64,000 bases of DNA from Gemmatimonadota bacterium (lineage in GTDB: Bacteria; Gemmatimonadota; Gemmatimonadetes; Palauibacterales; Palauibacteraceae). The notes under the pieces are model-generated. The model did no database searches. It saw only the letters and a program-made list of their open reading frames with translations, and was not told where the DNA came from. Of the stretch, positions 49,351 to 58,462 are shown in pieces. Position numbers and translations under genes: made by a program. The stretch is taken from assembly GCA_032251515.1 (NCBI GenBank), contig JAVVDU010000010.1:5244-69243 (forward strand), read 5' to 3'. How positions within the stretch are numbered: position 1 is the first letter of the stretch; every line of letters starts with the position of its first letter.

Positions 49351-50893
49351 CCGGCTCGATTCCCGTCACCCAGCTCTGCAGCCGGCGCTCGCGCTGGAGC
49401 TGCCGGGCGGCCGCGTCCGCCTCGGCCCGGGTGGCGAACGGGCCCACGAGGCCGCGATGCCAGGTCTCGCCCGCGAGGTCGCGGATCGTCTGGACCGCGA
49501 CCGGAAACCCGGCCTCGGAGAGGTCCGTCACCAGCCGCTCGATCCCTTCCGGCTGCCGCGCGGAACCGACGATCGCGTAGTAGCCCGGCGGCGGTCCCGT
49601 CTCGCCGCCCTCCGCCGGCGGCAGTTCCTCCGGCGGGCCCGCGCCGTCGGGCGCCGTCCGCTCGCCCTCCGCCGCCGCGAGCGCGTCCCGCGGGGCGCGA
49701 CGGCCGGGATCCGCCGGCGGTCCGCCCGCTTCCGCGACGTCAGGGCGCGGGACGGGCGGCACCCAGCGGACCGGAACCCACCAGGCGTCGGCCGGGGCCT
49801 CGAGCGGGCGGGAGCCGCCGCCCGGCGCCACGAGCCGCAGTCCGTCCGCCGTGCGGGAGAGCACGCCGCCATCCGGCAGGCCGAGCGGCAGGTCGCCGGC
49901 CCACGTGCCCCTGACCTCCACGGGCAGCCCCCCGGAGACGGGCAGCCGCCAGATGGCCTCCCCGTCCGTGACGAGCAGCGCCTCGCCGAACAGCGACGGC
50001 CGGATCTCGCGAGCCGTCGCCGGAAGCGTCGCGAGGCGCCGGACGGTGAACGCGAACCGGTTCACCGCGAAGATGGCCGGGGGATCCGCGATGGCGGCGT
50101 AGATCTCGTGCGAAGAGGGCGATGCGGCCAGCGCCGTGATCGGGCCGTCGAACCTGGCCCTCCCGACCGGCTCCAGCGACTCGACCGCCAGCGCGACGAG
50201 CGCCCGCGGGTCATCGTCATCCCGGAAGACCAGCCGTCGTCCCCAGCCCGCCACGAGCCCCGGAGGGGGGGCGCCCACGCCGCCCGTTTCCGGCGGCGCG
50301 GTCGCATCCGAATGCGGGATGACCTGGAGCGTCGCGCGGCCCTCCGCCTCCGCCAGCACCGCCACCCCGTCGTGGATCGCGCCGGCCCACAGGACGTTCC
50401 CGGACGCCTCGTGCTCCCACCGGCGATCGCCTGCGAGCGCCAGCAGGTCCGGCGCCCCGGCCGCGGCCCAGGCGACGGCCCCTTCCCCGGAGGCGCGCAG
50501 CCGGAGCTCGCCCCGCGCGATCCGGCCCAGTTCCGTGACCGAATCGCGGGCGACGTCGTACCGGAAGACGCGGCCGGCCGGCCCGGCCAGCGCCACGAGC
50601 GCTCCCTCGAGGTGCCGCGCCTCGGCGACCGGCGGCAGGCGGGTGCCCCCTTCGCGCACCGTCCGGTCGGGCGACGCGAGATCCCGCAGCTGTGCCGGTC
50701 CTCCGTCCCGCGGCAGGGCGAGCAGACCCCACTCCTCGGCAGCCCGGCCGACCACGAGAGCCGTGCCTTGCGGAGCCGGTGCGTCGGCCCGCCGCTCCGG
50801 GCGCTGGTCGGACCGGCCGTCGCAGCCCGCGGCGGCGAGGACGGCGGCCGCCACGGCCAGGATTCCGTGCCTTCGTGCAGTTCGTGGTGCCAA
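49343..50893 (-). CDS. SPOR-domain lipoprotein
   Basis: TTG start. Lipoprotein signal RRHGILAVAAAVLAAAGC, a repeat-rich central region that may be a beta-propeller, and a C-terminal SPOR domain (YYAIVGSARQPEGIERLVTDLSEAGFPVAVQTI...GLVGPFATRAEADAAARQLQRE). Overlaps the next gene by 8 nt. Confidence 0.55.
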   Translation of the reverse strand: MAPRTARRHGILAVAAAVLAAAGCDGRSDQRPERRADAPAPQGTALVVGRAAEEWGLLALPRDGGPAQLRDLASPDRTVREGGTRLPPVAEARHLEGALVALAGPAGRVFRYDVARDSVTELGRIARGELRLRASGEGAVAWAAAGAPDLLALAGDRRWEHEASGNVLWAGAIHDGVAVLAEAEGRATLQVIPHSDATAPPETGGVGAPPPGLVAGWGRRLVFRDDDDPRALVALAVESLEPVGRARFDGPITALAASPSSHEIYAAIADPPAIFAVNRFAFTVRRLATLPATAREIRPSLFGEALLVTDGEAIWRLPVSGGLPVEVRGTWAGDLPLGLPDGGVLSRTADGLRLVAPGGGSRPLEAPADAWWVPVRWVPPVPRPDVAEAGGPPADPGRRAPRDALAAAEGERTAPDGAGPPEELPPAEGGETGPPPGYYAIVGSARQPEGIERLVTDLSEAGFPVAVQTIRDLAGETWHRGLVGPFATRAEADAAARQLQRERRLQSWVTGIEPDA

Positions 50894-51027
50894 CGAGCTC
50901 GCCTCAGGGGTTCGCGTGCGGCCTGCGCCGCGGGACGGCGCCTCCGGCCGCCGAATAGTGCCCCACCGGACGATCCCCCGCAAGAAACCCGGAACGCGCC
51001 TGCCGATGCGACCCGTTGACGCCCGGC

Positions 51028-54000
51028 TCAGAAGATCTCCCCCACCGACACGGACCAGATCCCGTCGCCCGGCCCGCGCGAACGCCCCGTGGGAACGGCG
51101 TAGTCGAGCCGCAGGATCGCGAAGAACAGGTTCAACCGGATGCCCGCGCCGTAGCTGGCCAGCGGCGCCCGCCGGCGCACGATGTCGTCGTCCCGGTCCC
51201 GCTGCAGGACCAGCGACGACCGTCCCGGCGTCCACGCCACGCCCAGGTCGAAGAACAGCGTCGCGTCGAGCGCCGGGAAGTTCAGCGGCAGCCAGGCATC
51301 CTTGCGGGCGTTGAGGAGCGGCAGACGCATCTCGGAGTTCAGCAGCAGGACGCTCGACCCGATGAGTTGCTCCTGCGCCGGACAGAACAGGTCGGAGCCG
51401 CTGCGCTCCCGGGAAGCGACGCATTCGTCGAGCTCGAAGGAGCCGAGATCGTATCCGCGGAGGAAGTACGGGCCGCCCCACGCGAACGTGAACTCCTCCG
51501 CGTCGTCGCCCGCCGTCGTCCCGACGCGTGTGAACGAGAGCAGCCGCTGCGCGAACACGAGGGAGCCGGGGAGCGGCGTGTAGTGCCGCAGGTCCGCTGT
51601 CAGGTCGGCCAGGTTCAGGTCGCCGGCCGACAGGGACGCGCCGAGGCGGAGCCGGCGGCCGGCCACGGCGCCCGTGAATCCGGGCAGCGAGTTGTCGAAC
51701 ACGTACGCGATGGTCGGAACGAGGAAAGCCCGCGTCGGTCCGTCGAGCACGGTCGTGAAGCCGTCGCCCCGCGTGGCATCGAAGCCCCGCAGGACGAGGT
51801 CCGTCTGGATCGAAGAGGCCTCGAGGCCGAAGTCGAAACGGGCGAACGAGCTGAGCGGCGCCTGCGCGAGGATTCCCACCGAGCGGAACTGGTCGCGCTG
51901 GAACAGCTCGAACTGTCCGACCGAGCCGGGGCGGCCGGGCACCTCGCCCGATCGGCGGCCGAAGAAGCGGAAGAAGGGGAACTGGCGGAAGCTGACCCCC
52001 AGGTTCACCCGGTTCTTCAGGTACGTGTACGAGGTGAACACCTGCGCGTCGTCGAACGACCCCTGGACCGCGGCGGCGATCCACAGGTTGTGGTTGCCCA
52101 GCATGTCGGACAGGGAGACGAAGGAGCCCCCGCTCACGGAGTTTCCGAAGAACCCGCCCACCTGCGCGCCGATCGTGGGCCGGCCCACGATGTCGGGGCT
52201 CAGCCGGGCCGTGTAGTCCCGGCTGGTGAAGGCCGCCGTGTCCGGCAGAGCGAGGCTCGCCGAGTCGAGGAGGGCCCGGACCGACCGGGGATCTTCGGCC
52301 GCGGCCACCGCGAGGGCCTCACCGTCGCCACCGAGGTCCGAGCGCCGGAAACCCCCGTCGGCGCGGTAGAACGAGGACGGCTCGCCCCCGTCGCCCCGCG
52401 CCCCGTCGCCGTCCACCACCCCACCGCCGTCCGCCGCCCCACCGCCACCGTCGCCGCGCCGCTCCACGAGACGGATCCGTCCGACCTGGTCCGCCGCCGT
52501 CGGGGTGGAGCCCGGAGCACCCGCGGGGCCGGCCTTCTCCGTCGGCCGGTCCGCCACGTAGATGTTGAATCCGGCGTCCTCGAAGTAGGAGAACGCCAGG
52601 CGGTCCGCCGCACGGGCCCACGTGAGACCGGGACTCGTGAGCAGCGCCCCCTCGCCCATGGCGCCGGTGAGGCTGTGCGTCAGGCGCGTCGTCCGTCCGG
52701 CCCCCCGGTCGTGCAGGTAGACGTCGAACGCGCCGGCCCGCGTCGCCAGGTACGCCACGACCGAACCGTCCGGGGACCAGGCAGGATCGATCGCCGTTCC
52801 GCCCTCCTGGCCGGGCAGAAGGCTCTTCTCTCCCGTCGCCGGATCGAGGATCGCGATCCGCAACGGTCCGAACACGAGGCGTTCGAAGTCCGACTCCGGC
52901 GTGTCGTCCGTCGCGTAGGCCAGCAGACGCCCGTCCGGCGACCAGGCGGGATGGAGCTGCGAGAACCGATCCGCCGTCAGACGCTCGAGGCGGTCCGTTC
53001 CGACCTCCCAGGCGTAGAGGTCGCTGATCCCGCCGCGCAGTCCCGTGAACGCGATCCGCCTTCCGTCAGGCGACCAGGTCGGCGACTGGATGCCGTTCAG
53101 GTCCGGCGTCCAGCGCGACACGACCTCGCCCGTCTCCGCGTCGGCCACGATGAGCGCGTCCCGCCCCCCCGCGGCCGCCACGAAGGCCACCCGCCGGCCG
53201 TCGGGCGCCCACTCCGCCGCCGACGTCAGGTACCGCAGGCTCTCGAAGCTCCCGCTGCGGGCCGCGGCGGCGAGGCGCCGCAGGGGACGACCGGTCTCGA
53301 CGTCGGCCACCCACAGATCGAAGAAGCCGTGCAGGTCGTGCGCCCGGTCCGACAGGTAGACGAGCCGCGTGCCGTCGGGCGACAGGGCGGGCGCGATGTA
53401 GCTCGGCGAGGACGCGCGCCCCGTCGGCAGGGCGTGGTCGGTCACGCGCCGCGCCACGGTCCGCACGTCGCCGGCCCGCCGGATCGACGGCACGTGGGCC
53501 GCCCGCACCGCGTCGTGCCACTCCCGGGTCAGGTCTTCCAGCCCGATGCCGAGGGTCCGCTCGAAGGCGCCCCGGATCCCGAGGGCGCCGGCGCGCTTCA
53601 GCAGGAGCCCGATCGCCTCGTCGCCCCAGCGGGCGCCGATCCAGTTCCACAGAGACTGACCGAAGCGGTAGGAGAGGAAGTCGTGGAACCGATCCATCTC
53701 CTCGATCGTGCGCAGGTAGCCCGACAGGGTCGCATCGCGCATCCAGGCGGACGTCTTGGCGTCGATGCGGCCGACCGACAGGTACTCCGCCATTCCCTCC
53801 ATGAACCACAGGCTGGGCACGAAGGCGAACGGCGATGCGCTCTGCTCGACCACCCCGCGGCGCAGGATGTCGAACTGGAACGCGTGGACGATCTCGTGTC
53901 CGAGCACGTGCTCGAACTCCGCCCACGATCCCGTCAGGGGGAGCAGCACCCGGTCGCGCAGCGACTCGGTGACGCCGCCGGTGGACTCGTCGACGTGCCC

Positions 54001-54315
54001 CCCGAGCACGTTCGTCTGCTGGAAGTCCGTCTGGGAGGCGTACAGGATGATCGGCTTGCGGCGGGCGAACTCGTGGTCGAGGATCCGGCTCAGGCGCCCG
54101 TAGATCCGCTCCGCCATGCGAGCCGCCTGGACCGCGGCTTCGCGCTCTTCCTCGTAGAAGTAGATGTCGAAGTGGGCCGTCTCGATGATCCGGAAGTCGC
54201 GCGGCCGGTACTGGACGCGGTTCCGTGACGACTGGGCGCCGGCCGGCGGCGGAAGCAGGAGCGCGGCGAGTCCGGCGAGGAGGGCCGTGACGGGGGCGGC
54301 ACGGCCGGCGGTCAC
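51028..54315 (-). CDS. secreted multidomain protein: HExxH zincin-like N-domain + TolB/PD40 beta-propeller repeats + C-terminal Omp85 (surface-antigen) beta-barrel
   Basis: Signal peptide ...LLLPPPAGAQS. HEIVHAF HExxH motif. Repeated SPDGxRxAF/Y WD40-like blades. A Gly/Asp linker. C-terminal Omp85 motifs (LRGYDLGSFE..., LFFDLGVAW, GAGIRLNLFFAILRLDYAVP), ending in F. Confidence 0.7.
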   Translation of the reverse strand: MTAGRAAPVTALLAGLAALLLPPPAGAQSSRNRVQYRPRDFRIIETAHFDIYFYEEEREAAVQAARMAERIYGRLSRILDHEFARRKPIILYASQTDFQQTNVLGGHVDESTGGVTESLRDRVLLPLTGSWAEFEHVLGHEIVHAFQFDILRRGVVEQSASPFAFVPSLWFMEGMAEYLSVGRIDAKTSAWMRDATLSGYLRTIEEMDRFHDFLSYRFGQSLWNWIGARWGDEAIGLLLKRAGALGIRGAFERTLGIGLEDLTREWHDAVRAAHVPSIRRAGDVRTVARRVTDHALPTGRASSPSYIAPALSPDGTRLVYLSDRAHDLHGFFDLWVADVETGRPLRRLAAAARSGSFESLRYLTSAAEWAPDGRRVAFVAAAGGRDALIVADAETGEVVSRWTPDLNGIQSPTWSPDGRRIAFTGLRGGISDLYAWEVGTDRLERLTADRFSQLHPAWSPDGRLLAYATDDTPESDFERLVFGPLRIAILDPATGEKSLLPGQEGGTAIDPAWSPDGSVVAYLATRAGAFDVYLHDRGAGRTTRLTHSLTGAMGEGALLTSPGLTWARAADRLAFSYFEDAGFNIYVADRPTEKAGPAGAPGSTPTAADQVGRIRLVERRGDGGGGAADGGGVVDGDGARGDGGEPSSFYRADGGFRRSDLGGDGEALAVAAAEDPRSVRALLDSASLALPDTAAFTSRDYTARLSPDIVGRPTIGAQVGGFFGNSVSGGSFVSLSDMLGNHNLWIAAAVQGSFDDAQVFTSYTYLKNRVNLGVSFRQFPFFRFFGRRSGEVPGRPGSVGQFELFQRDQFRSVGILAQAPLSSFARFDFGLEASSIQTDLVLRGFDATRGDGFTTVLDGPTRAFLVPTIAYVFDNSLPGFTGAVAGRRLRLGASLSAGDLNLADLTADLRHYTPLPGSLVFAQRLLSFTRVGTTAGDDAEEFTFAWGGPYFLRGYDLGSFELDECVASRERSGSDLFCPAQEQLIGSSVLLLNSEMRLPLLNARKDAWLPLNFPALDATLFFDLGVAWTPGRSSLVLQRDRDDDIVRRRAPLASYGAGIRLNLFFAILRLDYAVPTGRSRGPGDGIWSVSVGEIF

Positions 54316-54319
54316 GGCA

Positions 54320-54742
54320 TCAGCTCCCGGCGGGCGACGGGTCCGCGATGCGTGTCGTGGGCGCGTCTCCCCACAGCTCCTCGAGCCGGTAGAAGTCGCG
54401 TACCCGCGGCAGGAACACGTGCACCACGATCGACACGAAGTCGAGCAGGATCCACGAGGCGGGCCCCTTGCCCTCGATCCCCACCGGGCGCGCGCCGGCG
54501 GCCCGGGCGCGTTCGAGCACCCGCTCGGCGATCGCCCGGGCGTGCGTGTCGCTGTCGCCCGAGGCGATCACGAACCAGTCGGCGGCGTCGGACAAGCCGC
54601 GCAGGTCGAGCAGCAGCGGATCGCGGGCCTTCCGCTCCAGCAGCGCCTCGAGGATCGCCGCGAGCTCGGGCGGCTTCGCCTCCGGACGCCCGTCCGGGCG
54701 GGAGCCGCTCCGGCGTCCGCTTCCCTTCGCCCCGCCCTTCAT
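54320..54742 (-). CDS. rsfS: ribosome silencing factor RsfS (iojap)
   Basis: Start MKGGAKG...; WFVIASGDSDTHARAIAERVLE...WILLDFVSIVVHVFLPRVRDFYRLEELW. Confidence 0.85.
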   Translation of the reverse strand: MKGGAKGSGRRSGSRPDGRPEAKPPELAAILEALLERKARDPLLLDLRGLSDAADWFVIASGDSDTHARAIAERVLERARAAGARPVGIEGKGPASWILLDFVSIVVHVFLPRVRDFYRLEELWGDAPTTRIADPSPAGS

Positions 54743-54777
54743 CGCGTCGCCGCGCTCCTCCCCGTGCACTGCCGGCG

Positions 54778-56685
54778 TCAGTCCTCGATCTGGTAGGCCA
54801 CGGCCCACGCCCCCGGCCCCACGTGGACGCCGAGCACGGCCGTGGCCGGCCCGGCGAGGATCTCCACGGGATCGTACCGCGTCTCGAGCTCCCGCACGAT
54901 CCGGTCCGCCATCTCCGCGGCCGCGAAGTGCGCCACGCCCAGCCGGTAGCGGCGCGCCTCGAGCAGGCGCTCGTCCAGCAGCCCCAGCACGCGCTCCAGC
55001 ACCGCCTCGCTGCCGCGCACCCGGCCGATCGCCGTCAGGCGGCCATCGTCGCTCAGGCTGAGGATCGGCTTCAGGTCGAGCCGCTCGCCGAGCCACGCTC
55101 GGGCCCGGCCGATCCTCCCCGAGCGGGCGAGATACTCCAGCGTTTCGACCGTGAACAGGATGTTCGACCGGGCGCGGACGCGCTCCAGCTCGCGGAGCAC
55201 CTCCGGCAGCTCGCGTCCCTCGTCGAGCAGCTCGACGGCGCGCACGGCCAGCAGCCCGGCGCCCAGCGAGCCGGACCGCGAGTCGAAGGCCGCCCCCTCG
55301 ACGCCGGCCGTGTCCCGCAGCGCGGCGGCGCCCGCGCCGTACGTGCCCGACACCGCCGAGCTGAGGAAGATGCCCAGGACCGACTCCGCGCCTCCGGCGA
55401 TGCCGCGCCGGTACGCCTCCGCGAACGCGGCGGGAGCGGGCTGCGAGGTGGACGGCTCCGGGGCCCCCTCGCGCCGTATCAGGTCGTAGAGCGCCGCGGC
55501 GTCGATGTCCACCCCGTCCCGGTACGAGATGTCGCCGACCACGACCTGGAGTGGCACCACGGCCACTCCGTGCCGTTCGGTCCACTCGTGCGGCAGGTCA
55601 CAGGACGAGTCCACGACCACCGCCACGTGCGTCGTCGCGCCGGCCAGCGACGTGTCCTCGATCCGCTCGGAGACGACTTCCCCGAACCGCGACAGCGTGG
55701 CGACCACTTCCTCCGGCCGGTCGGCGTGCACGTGCACCTTGGCGAGGTCCCCCGCCCGCAGGACGATGAGCGATGTGCCCTGCCCGCCGAGGGCCGCACG
55801 GAGCTCGGCCTCCGGGGGAAGCGCACCGCCGCGGATCGCGACCTGGGTGCAGTAGCGGCCCTCGTCCGCACCCACCCCCGACTGGCGGGCGAAGTACAGG
55901 CCGCCGGCAGCCGGCGCCTCCTCGAGGTGGTCGTCGCGGATCTTTCCCTCGATGTAGTGGAGGATCCCCTCGAAGAAGCTGACGAAGCCCTTGGCGCCGG
56001 CGTCCACCACCCCCGCCTGCCGCAGGGCGGGAAGCATGTCGCGCGTGCGCTGCAGCGAGCGCTCGGCGGCGTCCTGCATCTCGTGCAGCCACGCGTGGAA
56101 GTCGTCACTGCCCGAGGCGGTCCGCCGCCGGGCCTCGGCGGCCATGTCACGCGCCACCGTGATGATGGTGCCCTCGCGGGGGCGCTCGAGGACCTCCTGC
56201 AGGGCGGCGGCGGCGCCGGTCAGCGCCTCGGCGACCTCGCTCGATCCCGCCCGGACCTGGTCACGCAGGCCGGAGGCGAAGCCGAGCAGAAAGCGGGAGA
56301 ACAGCATCCCGGAGTTGCCCCGCGCCGCGAGCACGCTGGCCTCGGCCGCCCGTTCCGCCACCTCGGAGAGCGAGCGGCTCTCCAGCGGGCGCACCGCCTC
56401 GGCCACGGAGCTCAGGGTGAGCGCGAGGTTCGTTCCCGTGTCGCCGTCCGGGACGGGAAACACGTTGATCCGGTCCAGTTCCTCGCGCTGCCGGCGGACG
56501 TTCCGGACTCCCGCCAGGATCACCCGGCGGAGGCGCCGCCCATCGAGGTAGGCGATGCGGCGCGGCGAAGGACCTTCCCCGGTCGTGGGCGCCGGGCCGG
56601 GCTCCGGCGATGCGGCGGACCCGGAGTCCGGGCGTGCCGGCTCTCCGGGCATCCCACCATCGGGTGCGAGCGGCGTTTCGCCCAC
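54778..56685 (-). CDS. DAK2 (DhaL/FakA-N-like) domain - DegV (FakB-like) fusion protein
   Basis: N-terminus RINVFPVPDGDTGTNL (DAK2). C-terminus HVAVVVDSSCDLPHEWTERHGVAVVPLQVVVGDISYRDGVDIDAAALYDLI...PSTSQPAPAAFAEAYRR...FLSSAVSGTYGAG (DegV). Start uncertain; ATG at 56652 is plausible. Confidence 0.75.
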   Translation of the reverse strand: MGETPLAPDGGMPGEPARPDSGSAASPEPGPAPTTGEGPSPRRIAYLDGRRLRRVILAGVRNVRRQREELDRINVFPVPDGDTGTNLALTLSSVAEAVRPLESRSLSEVAERAAEASVLAARGNSGMLFSRFLLGFASGLRDQVRAGSSEVAEALTGAAAALQEVLERPREGTIITVARDMAAEARRRTASGSDDFHAWLHEMQDAAERSLQRTRDMLPALRQAGVVDAGAKGFVSFFEGILHYIEGKIRDDHLEEAPAAGGLYFARQSGVGADEGRYCTQVAIRGGALPPEAELRAALGGQGTSLIVLRAGDLAKVHVHADRPEEVVATLSRFGEVVSERIEDTSLAGATTHVAVVVDSSCDLPHEWTERHGVAVVPLQVVVGDISYRDGVDIDAAALYDLIRREGAPEPSTSQPAPAAFAEAYRRGIAGGAESVLGIFLSSAVSGTYGAGAAALRDTAGVEGAAFDSRSGSLGAGLLAVRAVELLDEGRELPEVLRELERVRARSNILFTVETLEYLARSGRIGRARAWLGERLDLKPILSLSDDGRLTAIGRVRGSEAVLERVLGLLDERLLEARRYRLGVAHFAAAEMADRIVRELETRYDPVEILAGPATAVLGVHVGPGAWAVAYQIED

Positions 56686-56764
56686 GGGCCTCCCTCCTGC
56701 CGGGTCCCAGTTCCGTCGAGTCGCACGGCCGGCGCTCCGGTCCGGTCGGCTCGCCGGACGCGGC

Positions 56765-57214
56765 TCAGGTCTCCGCGACCACCCAGACCGAGATCTCCGG
56801 CTGGACGTCCGCGTGCAGGCGGACGGGCACCTTGTACACCCCCAGCTGCTTGATCGGTTCGTCCAACTGGATGATGTGCCGGTCGATCTCGTGTCCCTGC
56901 TCCGCCAGCGCCTGCGCGATGTCGGCCGTGGTCACCGACCCGAACAGGCGTCCCTCCTCGCCGGCCTTCACATGGAAGGTGACCGCTACGCCCGCCAGCC
57001 GTTCGCCCACCGCCTCGGCGCGCTCGAGGTCCCGCGTCGAGCGGGCCGCCACGTGACGGCGCTCCTCCTCGAGCCGCCGCAGGTTCGCGTCGGTCGCCTC
57101 GTAGGCGAGCCCCTGCGGGAGAAGGAAGTTCCGGGCGTACCCCGCCTTCACGTCCACCACCTCGCCCGCGTCACCGAGCTTCTCCACGTCCTGCCTCAGG
57201 ATGATCCGGACCAT
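56765..57214 (-). CDS. rplI: 50S ribosomal protein L9
   Basis: MVRIILRQDVEKLGDAGEVVDVKAGYARNFLLPQGLA. Confidence 0.9.
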   Translation of the reverse strand: MVRIILRQDVEKLGDAGEVVDVKAGYARNFLLPQGLAYEATDANLRRLEEERRHVAARSTRDLERAEAVGERLAGVAVTFHVKAGEEGRLFGSVTTADIAQALAEQGHEIDRHIIQLDEPIKQLGVYKVPVRLHADVQPEISVWVVAET

Positions 57215-57254
57215 TGTTCCCCTGTCTTCGCTGCAGTGTCCCGGGGCGATCGCT

Positions 57255-58196
57255 TCAGCGCCCCGCCCCTCCCCCGCCGCGGGCGGGAAGCCGCTCCCGC
57301 ACGCGCAGCCAGGTGTCTCCGATCCCCACCACGAGCGCCGCCCCGAACACGACGGGGTAGGCGAGCACGACGCCGACGCCGAGCAGGAGCCACGTGCCGA
57401 TCGACGGGGCCGCCGCGGCGGCGAGCCAGCCGAGGATCGCCCCGCCGCGTGCCAGGTACAGGGCGGTCATGAACACGGTGGCGTTCTCGCCCACCCGGAA
57501 TGCCGCCGCTCCGAGCGGCAGCGCGAGGAGGGCGAGCCCCGCCACCAGGATCCACACGAACTCGTCCCGGAACCGGAAGGCGCGCACCGCGGGCGGCCGC
57601 CCGGCCCCCTCCGCGGCGGGGCGCACGAAGTACCAGCCCGCCGCGAGCGCCGCCATCGTGGCCAACGCCAGCAGGGCCGGGTACACGTCGTGCTGAAAGG
57701 CCGCCCAGGCGTCGATCGCCGCCCGGATCGAGTCCCCCGTCGCCTCCGTGCCGCTCCCGGACTCGAACAGTCGGGACGCCGCGAGCGCCGCCTCCCGGAT
57801 CCGGGCGGCCATCCACCCGTCGATCGCCACCCCGAAGCCGGGCCGCACCACGGTCACCCCGAGCACCGCGCCGAGCCCCAGGACCGTGGCCGCGAACGCG
57901 CGGTCGAGGAGTCCCGTCGGCCGGCGCAGGCCCACCAGCGCCACGAACATCCCGCCCGACAGCAGTCCCCAGCCGCGCTCCATCATCCAGCCGGCCTCCG
58001 AGCGGCCCGCGCCGAACGCCAGCGCGAGGATCACGCCCGCCATGGCCAGCGACGCGACCTCGCGCCCGCGGAACGCCAGGAGCAGCAGGGCGAACGGGAT
58101 CGCGAGGAGCGGGAACGGCCCGATCGGCGACAGGAGCAGCGCCGCGCCCAGCAGGGCCACGATCGCCGCCGTTCCCTTCCTGTTTCCGCTCATCAC
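57255..58196 (-). CDS. polytopic membrane protein, DUF2232/YybS-like
   Basis: ~8 TM helices. Positioned between rpsR and rplI, exactly where yybS sits in Firmicutes (rpsF-rpsR-yybS-gdpP-rplI). Confidence 0.5.
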   Translation of the reverse strand: MMSGNRKGTAAIVALLGAALLLSPIGPFPLLAIPFALLLLAFRGREVASLAMAGVILALAFGAGRSEAGWMMERGWGLLSGGMFVALVGLRRPTGLLDRAFAATVLGLGAVLGVTVVRPGFGVAIDGWMAARIREAALAASRLFESGSGTEATGDSIRAAIDAWAAFQHDVYPALLALATMAALAAGWYFVRPAAEGAGRPPAVRAFRFRDEFVWILVAGLALLALPLGAAAFRVGENATVFMTALYLARGGAILGWLAAAAAPSIGTWLLLGVGVVLAYPVVFGAALVVGIGDTWLRVRERLPARGGGGAGR

Positions 58197-58239
58197 CCCG
58201 CTTACCCGCGGCGCCGCCCGGCCGTCCGGCTCGCGCGGC

Positions 58240-58458
58240 TCAGTCGTAATAGCCCTGGATGTAAGGCACGAGAGCGAGGTAGCGGGCCCGCTTGATCGCC
58301 GTCCCCAGCTGTCGCTGGTGCGCCGCGCAGGTGCCCGTGGCGCGGCGGGGGAGGATCTTCCCCCGGTCCGTCACGAAGCGGATCAGCACGTCGGCGTCCT
58401 TGTAGTCGATCTTCTCGACGTTCTTCTCGCAGAACCGGCAGACCTTCCGGAATCCCAT
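58240..58458 (-). CDS. rpsR: 30S ribosomal protein S18
   Basis: Internal start [39 protein letters not shown]...; 72 aa. Confidence 0.9.
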   Translation of the reverse strand: MGFRKVCRFCEKNVEKIDYKDADVLIRFVTDRGKILPRRATGTCAAHQRQLGTAIKRARYLALVPYIQGYYD

Positions 58459-58462
58459 CGTC

